From: Paragordius varius | Lineage: Eukaryota > Animalia > Nematomorpha | DNA length: 64,000 bases | Assembly (NCBI GenBank): GCA_964247055.1 | Contig: OZ176053.1 | Location: 4,030,001 to 4,094,000, forward strand | Direction of reading: 5' to 3' | Shown: positions 56,790-64,000 of the stretch, in pieces | Layout of the letters: each line of letters starts with the position of its first letter | Position numbering within the stretch: position 1 is the first letter of the stretch | Position numbers and translations under genes: made by a program | Notes under the pieces: generated by a model | Told to the model about the DNA's origin: nothing | Databases searched by the model: none | The model's input: the letters and a program-made list of their open reading frames with translations, nothing else

Positions 56790-59260
56790 AAAAAGATCAA
56801 AAATCTTTGTGAATGGTGTTAATTTGGAAAATTATAATCTAAAATACGTGACAAATATTTATACTCATTTATTCCTACTGATCTGTAATTGGACTGAACC
56901 TGAATAAGAGCCAAATACGGAAGATCATGTTTTAAAAGATGTTAAAGAAAGTTTAAACATTATTTATGTAACAATTTTTAAATAGTTTCATTAAACTCAA
57001 ATATATATGATTACAATGGAAAAAGAAAAATTTTATGATTTGGGCGGCAAAATGACTTTATTACTAACAAACAGAGAAATTTTATTTTATGGTGATTTCA
57101 ATAGACAGGTGAGACATAATCAAAGAGGTTTTGAGCCTTTACGGGATTAAAACTAAATTAGATTTGCTCAATCCTTTACCTTAGCTATAACAAATATCTT
57201 ATTAAGAGATAGCCATTTAATTACGTGCGAAAGTGGAAATAAGTAGTCACAAATCGATTATATCCTTGTATCATGAAAATCCCTGTATGTTGTGGACTGC
57301 AAAGTCATACCCAAATGTGTAAATATATGACAGATATGCACCAATAAATGTTAAAAAAGGGCGCTATGTAATTAAATGCCTAATAAATACTAAAGAAAGA
57401 TTTGTAGAAACGGTAGGCATAATAGAGAGGAACAGCGATCCAGAAAGAGTTTAGTTACCGGATGGCTAAAACAATTAGAGAAGCAGTTAAAGTGAGCGGA
57501 ATGAGCGATGGTGGAAATCAGGTGTATAGAGAGCCATGACTTAAGAGAAAAGAATAATTTTGAAATCGCGAGCGAAAAAAGCCTTTAAATATGGTGGTAT
57601 CCCCACCAAGCAGAAGATAAGGGAAGATATAAAAGGATTAATAAGGAAAAAAGGCTTAACAATGATCAAAAAATGGAAAACGGAATGAGGAAATAAATAG
57701 TAACAAGTCTTAAAAAAGTTAAAATTGCTCGACAAAGATATTAAAGAAAGCGGGACTTACACGACCGTTATTAAAAACAAAAACGGCAAAATCGTTAAAA
57801 AAAATTTTTTGAAGAGGTGGAAAGAATATTCCCATGATTTTGAATTGGGCGTAGGCGAAACGAATTCCCCCGAAACACCAGATAATGTATGTGCGCATAT
57901 TAAAATTTATATTAATGAAGAAACCCAGGTTGGTTTAAAACAGGGGTGTCCAACACGCGGCCGAGATTTGTCGGCCTGCGAAAAATTGGAATTTATAATT
58001 TACAATATTCTTGAAAATCTTACTTAAATTAATATTTCTTAAATATTATTTTTAAATAAGCTTTTTAATTGGCAGGAACTAAAAAAAATTGCTATATGTT
58101 TGCATTTTACAGTTTCATGTTAGATAATAATTTATCTCTAAATACCCATATGTATTTCGAATGAGGCCCATTTGAGTCAAAAATGCGGCGAAGCCATTTA
58201 TGTTGGAAGGCACTGGTAAAGGAAATTTCTAAAAATAAAGCTGCAGGTCTAGACGATATTTACATAAACCGCTGGAAAATAATATCAGAGAAAGGTATTG
58301 AATTTTTTACTGCTTTTAAGGGTAAAGTAGATGTAAGATTGTAACAACCGAGTGATAAGATTCAAACAATGAAGTTACTTGGGAAAGTGCTAGAAAAATC
58401 GATATAAAAATGATTAGCAAAGAGGATAATCAATTTGGTACTGGAAATCCACTATCGATCAAGTTTACCCAGTAAGATAAATTGAAAAGCATATAGGAAT
58501 GAAGGGTTGCATGTAATTTTTATCGATATTGAAAAACATTTTGGAGGATACATCGAAGTAATGGTGGAGTTTAAGACGAAAAGGGGTTTCTTGAATGTTG
58601 AAATATGTACTCATTACCAAAGTTAAAACACAACAGAAAGTCAGATCTTATTGAAATAATTCATTGTGCCTATTAGGGGTCAGCGATCTATCTATTGCTA
58701 TTAATCATATGCATGGACGAAATTTATGGCAGCTGGTTCGTTTATGAGGACCTAAAAGTGCTATTAAATGAATTGCTTAAATTGAAAAAATTAGTGACAT
58801 GGATTGATGTGTTATAACGGTGCGGTTTAAAAGTTAAGGAAAACGAAGTTTATAAATTATGGTGGGAAAAATTAGAAATAGAATTAGGAGGTGGGTATTA
58901 AAAGGTCAAAAGGACTGAAAATATAGCAGCCGATATTTAACGCATAATAATTTAAATAATTGGGTGATTTATAGAAAAGATTTCAAATCTATTGGATAAA
59001 ATATTGATCTAAAATCGTATTAATTGGTTTGGACATATAGAAAGAAGAAATCGTATCTATGTCGGTAAAAAGATTGATGAATATATTGTAAAAAATGGCC
59101 TCCTATAAATGATACGGTTGAGAAGGAGATAGTAAAACTGAACCTAAAACGAAGTTAACTAAAGTCACCGCTCGAAAGAGTGATTACATATGATGCAATT
59201 ATTATATCAAGTTTCGTTTACCAAATTTTCAAGGTTCGGGTTATTGAGTACACGAACCAG
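56790..59260 (+). pseudogene. Degraded RTE-clade non-LTR retrotransposon (APE endonuclease + reverse transcriptase)
   Basis: Ordered fragments across frames: LNIIYV, EKEKFYDL, ILFYGDFN, HLITCESG, SQIDYILV, DCKVIP (endonuclease); RWKEY, KNKAAGLDDI...WK, TMKLLGKVLE, NQFG, LHVIFIDIEK, CMDE, GLKV (RT); WFGHIERR (C-terminal). Many stops and frameshifts. Confidence 0.85.
57941..58215. mobile_element. hAT MITE nested inside the RTE relic
   Basis: CAGGGGTGTCCAACACGCGGCC...TGTTGGAAGGCACTG ends. Removing it rejoins the LINE peptide NEETQVGLK/EISKNKAAGLDDI. Flanks gtttaaaa/gtaaagga form a degenerate TSD. Confidence 0.75.
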
Positions 59261-59555
59261 AGCAGTTTTTAATCTAAATTTGTTAATAACAAGAGAAAAA
59301 TTTGTTGAATGCTGGGATTGATTAAATGAGTGTGTATATAAAAAGAATGGTGAGAACCATATAAGTAGGTGTGAAAAAGTTTTCTATATTTGACACATGC
59401 TAATTTTTTTTAAATTGTATTTCAGCTTTCGACTCGAACTATTAACTTTCATTAATTTAATAAGAATAAAATAAAAGAAAATGAGTTAAATATATTAAAA
59501 TTTAATCATGTGGAATCTACGGCTGTTCATATAATTTATTAGAAAAGATATTAAT

Positions 59556-60919
59556 TTATTTTTGCTTTTTAGCGATTCGCCGATCTCTCTCTTCGGCAAT
59601 CGATAATCGAATACCATTGTTCTTTGGTAGAGATACCCAAGGCACGGTACCTTTCCCAATGACAAACACATTGGCCAACCTAACAAATAAATATTAATTT
59701 AGCTCATAAGAAACAAACTCCATGGTATGATAACAAGACGATAAAAATTAACTGACAGTATTCAATAAATTTTTAAATTAATATTCATTTCGAAATTTTG
59801 TGTAAATATATCTCAAAATGTGGTAATTCAAAAAGATTGAAAACAAGGTTGAGTAAAATATCGGAATTGCCAACATAAAAGTAATTAAAATAGGGAAAAC
59901 TAAAGAAATTATCGCAAACTAAAAATAGAAAAAGGTTGTTATCATAACAAATTACAAAAACTACTCCGTATAAATTTAATTATCCATACCTTGTGGCAAA
60001 AGAATGACCCATGGCATCTTTGACATGAACTATATCAAAGGAACCAGGATGTCTTTCTCTGCTCATAATTTGTCCCACTCGACCAATATTGTGTCCAGCC
60101 GTTATCATGCATAAATTTCCTGTAAAGTCATATAAAAAAAATTTTAATTTTTCTAATTTTTCAAGGAAAGCAAATATAGTAAGTTACCAGAATCAAATTT
60201 GATATATTCGGTAATTTTTCCCGTTTCAATGTCAACTTTAACCGTGTCGTTGACTTTGACATTGGGATGTGGATATCTAATAGTTCGACCATCATGTGTA
60301 ACGACAAAAGGAATAGCTTTTGGTCCTACTTTTAATTTTTTTATTTTGCAAAGTTTGTACTAAAATATAAAAGCTATTATACTTTTGCTTCGGCGGGGTC
60401 TATTCTGTGAATTGCAAACCTTCCCTTGGTATCGTATATTAAACGGAAATATTCTCCAGTTTTTTCGATTGTTATGACGTCTAAAATAAAAATATTTACA
60501 AGTTGGGTACTGCTTACAAACTATATAAATTATAAAGCGACCATTAAATGTATTATACTATTGGCTTTTATTGACACTGATAAGCGCGTTGCTTACTAGT
60601 GCTTCGAGAAAGCCTTTAATAAAAAATTACCCATAAAGCCAGCGGGAAATGTAGGATCAGTCCTAACTTTACCATCGATTTTGATGAGACGCTGCATAAC
60701 TATCTTTTTAACCTCATCCCCAGTAAGAGCGTATTTCAAGCGATTTCGAAGAAAAATAATAATTGGCAAACATTCGCGCATTTTGTGCGGTCCAGGGCTG
60801 GGTTTTGGAGCAAAAACCCCGGTAAGTTTATCGAGCATCCAATGTTTAGGAGCATTTAATCTTTTCAAATGTTTCTTAGGTCCTCTTACCTATAAAAGTA
60901 AAAGGCAAATATGTACCAT
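59556..60919 (-). CDS. RPS4: 40S ribosomal protein S4 (eS4), 6 exons, 261 aa
   Basis: Exons (minus): 60919-60917 (ATG only), 60889-60631, 60480-60383, 60359-60188, 60119-59990, 59679-59556 (786 nt). Translation [29 protein letters not shown]...[13 protein letters not shown]...[18 protein letters not shown] matches eS4 along its whole length. Confidence 0.98.
60490..60617 (-). ncRNA. Candidate box H/ACA snoRNA in RPS4 intron 2
   Basis: 128-nt hairpin-hinge-hairpin-tail layout. Hairpin 1: GGCUUU/AAAGCC lower stem and CACUAGUAAGC/GCUUAUCAGUG upper stem. H box AUAGUA. Hairpin 2 closed by UACA/UGUA. AUA (ACA variant) 3 nt from the end. Both pockets are complementary to conserved LSU rRNA segments. 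Confidence 0.75.
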
Positions 60920-61469
60920 CTTGTTGTAGGAAGTTTTAGGTTAAAAGAAAATCATATGTTATAATTGGTCCTATTGTAAAACATAATAGATATTGGTAAA
61001 TTTTTACATAAGCGCTAAAAACTATAATTTAGATTTTTACGCTAGAGTAATTCAAAAAATATTTGATAATCCGTAATTCGGTAGACAAAAAAAGCATCAA
61101 GATTCAGAAGTTGAAAATAAACAATTATCAATGGCGAAATTATTCATAAGTTTATTATGTAACCCATTTTCTAAAAAAATATTTTGGGTAAATATGGCAG
61201 CCACACAACTTTTTCGAGACAATAAATTGCAATGCGTTACATCAGAGAGCCAAATCTTAAAATATTTTCACGAAATGTTTAAAGCAAATTTTTTATTAAG
61301 GAAACATGAAGCTTCGAATCAATGTTGGCTATTTAATAATTAAACAGTCTTTGCTCATTACATATTAATTATTCCTTTTTAAACGCACCTATCATTGTGG
61401 ATTTAATTATCTCTTGTTCAGATCGCCCTTCCCCTGTAAAATTATGAGTTATTTAAATTTTAGATCCAT

Positions 61470-62704
61470 AAATGTGCATCAATTGTTAAATTAGTCTATG
61501 ATCTACTTATTTTTATCTTATATGAGCATTAAGCGAAAAATTCACCTAAAATATTTGAAACATTTTTGAAGACAACTTTGTTTTTGAAATATTGAGAGAA
61601 AATCGAAATCGGACAAAAGGGATTAAGATAATTAAGGATAATTTAAAAAAAATAATAAAATTTGAGATATTATGGTTTGATATTATTTTATGAGATTTTT
61701 TTAATATATAAATAGCCTAAAATCATATAGTTAGGGTTTGTATAAAATCTTAGTTCGAAAATTTTCTTTTTACATGCTTAAAAGACAAATTTATGAAACT
61801 ATATTAAAATCATTTTTATAAATATTTATTAGCTAAACTCACTTTAAACCTTAATCATATTTTATTAAGTAAAAATAACTAAAAAATATTGTTTTTTATT
61901 TTTTCATTTTTTTTCTTACCTGGTTTATGAGTATATAAAAAAGTTATATTGTATTTTGGATTCTTACATGATTAGGAATTATTAAGTATAAAATATATGC
62001 AAAATAGGATTTAAAAGTAGTGGAATATCAACCAACAATTCTTACAACCTGTAACAAGTCTGTTTTATGACAAATTTTTGTATTGGGAATTGTACAGATT
62101 GTAGGCTGATATTCCACTAATTTTCAATCCTATTGTGCATAAATTATATACTTAATAATTCCCACTCATGTAAGAAGCCAAAATAAAACAGTATAAATTT
62201 ACACTCATAAACCAGGTGACAAAAAAATGCAAAAATAAAAAACAATATTTTTGGTTTTATTTTGATATAGAAGTTTATTTTCCTGAATAAAATATGAATG
62301 TTAATATTTTAATAGCGAGTTTAGGTAGTAAATAATTAAAAAAAATTATTTTAATATAGTTTCATTAAATTTTTTTTATCTTTTTGTGATAAAAGAAAAA
62401 CGCCATCTTTTGACCTGAAATATTATAGAAACCCTAACTATATGATTTTAGACTATTTATATATTAAAAATATCTCCTAAAATGATAATAAACCATAATA
62501 TCTCAATTTTTATCATTATTTTTTGAATTATCCTTAATTATCCTTAATTTTCATTTTTTGCCCTATTTTGATTTTCTTTTAATATAAAAACTAGGACGTC
62601 AACAAATAAAATTTTTGCGACAAATGTATTCGATGCTCATAAGCTATCTCATTAAAAAGTATTTTTTTGTTAAAAATAATTAACCCTCTTTTTTGCACAC
62701 AGTG
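61470..62704. mobile_element. Foldback element / giant inverted repeat (arms over 500 bp, spacer about 40 bp)
   Basis: 61521-62049 aligns with the reverse complement of 62090-62641 (shared blocks TATGAGCAT, TTGAGATATTATGGTTT, AAAATCATATAGTTAGGGTTT, ACCTGGTTTATGAGT, GGAATTATTAAGTATA, AGTGGAATATCA). The right end TTTTTTGCACACAGTG|TA is Tc1-like; its left counterpart is decayed. Confidence 0.85.
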
Positions 62705-64000
62705 TATATATGCTTATGTTTGAAAATCCTTTTAGTTCTAATATTGTTAAAGAACATGAGTGTGTTTTGGAGTAATTGATTTGCAATCTAAAAATGATTA
62801 TAAAAATAATTTTAAGGAAAGATTTAATTGCATTTTATTTAAATTTATCAGTAATTATATTTTTCATTTAACAAATTTTCCCAAATCAATGATTTGTATA
62901 TTTTCTTGTGCTTAATGTGAAAACATTTTCAAAAACTAATTACGCAAAATGTAGCATAGAACGAGATTGACGTATGAAAATTCGCATAATTTGTTGAGGA
63001 TCTTAGTATCGCAAACACAAACGGAATTTGATACAATCCTTTTTATTGGCTTTTAAATTGTTTAATAACACTAGTCGACAAATTTGGACATTTTTGAGCA
63101 CCACCACTCATACTTTTAAATTATGACTAATTTCAGTGTTTTAAAACCGAATGTGAAAAATTTTTGATCCCGCCAATCAGAATTTTGAAATATTTTAGGT
63201 TTTACAATTTTTCAAAAACAAGAGAAAATCGAGAGAAAATTACATATAACTTTATAATAAAATGTTATTATATTATAAACTTAATATCATTTAATAAAGC
63301 GTTTTAAACTCTATCTTTTAAATATAAATATGTCATTTAAATATCAGAGAGAAAAAAATAGTACGGACTTAAACGTCAAAATTTAGTCTTTTCCTTTCAA
63401 GTGAATTTTTAATACGTATAAAAAAATTTTAAAAAAATACTAAAAAAGGCATTCTATGGTTTAAACCTTCGGCTTTTAGATAGGCTATATTTTTTTGTTA
63501 GTTTTCGTTCTTTCGAGTACTTATTAGGCTTTTTTTCTTGAGTTGGTTCTTACAAAAAATCCTTTATTTATACCTAGTGGATATACTTAATTTTTTAAAA
63601 TTATTGGTTGTTTTGTATTTTTAATTTCAGATGGATGTTGTGCAGCCACTTTTAGTAGAATTTACTATTATAAGATTGGACCATTTGTATTTACCTAATC
63701 TTTTTATTCAATTTAATTGTAGAATTTATCTAACTTTATTCTGTGAATTGGTTAATATGACATGTCAATTTGCCTGGATTTTGCTTGCAAGTCTCTCTTA
63801 TCGGGCTTTACGATTACTTATTGTTAGCTTTGCCATATCTGGCATAAATGGATCGCTTGGGGGATATGCAGAGCTTGTGCAGCCGCCCGAATCTATCACA
63901 CTATACATAAGCCCCTTTTAGATTTTTAATACTTTGGCTCTTAGCTTGCTTAGTATCTTATTTAATGCCTAGAATTTTGTTATTCATGCATGGAATATTA

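Noticed and set aside
59680-59989. Second snoRNA in RPS4 intron 5
   Set aside because: No C/D box pair (no CTGA) and no convincing two-hairpin H/ACA fold by eye.
5029-60929. Antisense ORFs overlapping real exons (e.g. 5029-5235, 6273-6509, 53035-53262, 60681-60929)
   Set aside because: These are shadow ORFs of coding exons on the opposite strand or frame with no independent protein signatures.
61131-61343. 70-aa ORF upstream of RPS4
   Set aside because: No recognisable motif or splice partners; this length is expected by chance.
63631-63921. 96-aa hydrophobic ORF after an acceptor-like TTTCAG, or a minus-strand LINE C-terminal relic
   Set aside because: There is no recognisable homology on the plus strand, the minus-strand similarity to RTE is too weak and full of stops, and the window edge prevents assessment.

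Overview
This is very AT-rich eukaryotic (animal-like) genomic DNA, not prokaryotic; most entries in the ORF track are single exons or noise. Hand-splicing at GT-AG boundaries gives four intron-containing genes. (1) An M13/neprilysin-family zinc metallopeptidase (+, 4625-13505, 15 exons, 899 aa). (2) A TraB-domain protein, TRABD (-, 13817-16703, 7 exons). (3) A ~39.5 kb midasin gene, MDN1/Rea1 (+, 16811-56272, ~85-90 exons), head-to-head with TRABD across about 107 bp. (4) Ribosomal protein RPS4 (-, 59556-60919, 6 exons, 261 aa). Intron sizes are bimodal: at least 11 micro-introns of 22-33 nt coexist with introns of 0.3-1.5 kb inflated by MITEs, a Helitron, hAT elements, LINE relics and (TA)n tracts. 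The most notable observations are: a candidate H/ACA snoRNA in RPS4 intron 2 whose two pockets match conserved LSU rRNA; a midasin lacking its N-domain with coordinated loss of the first ATPase site; a 6-copy MITE family whose arms are arrays of a 21-bp palindrome-containing unit; a ~1.2 kb foldback upstream of RPS4; and an apparently secreted neprilysin with a furin-terminated pro-segment. The architecture would fit a reduced parasitic metazoan such as a myxozoan, but that is inference only.
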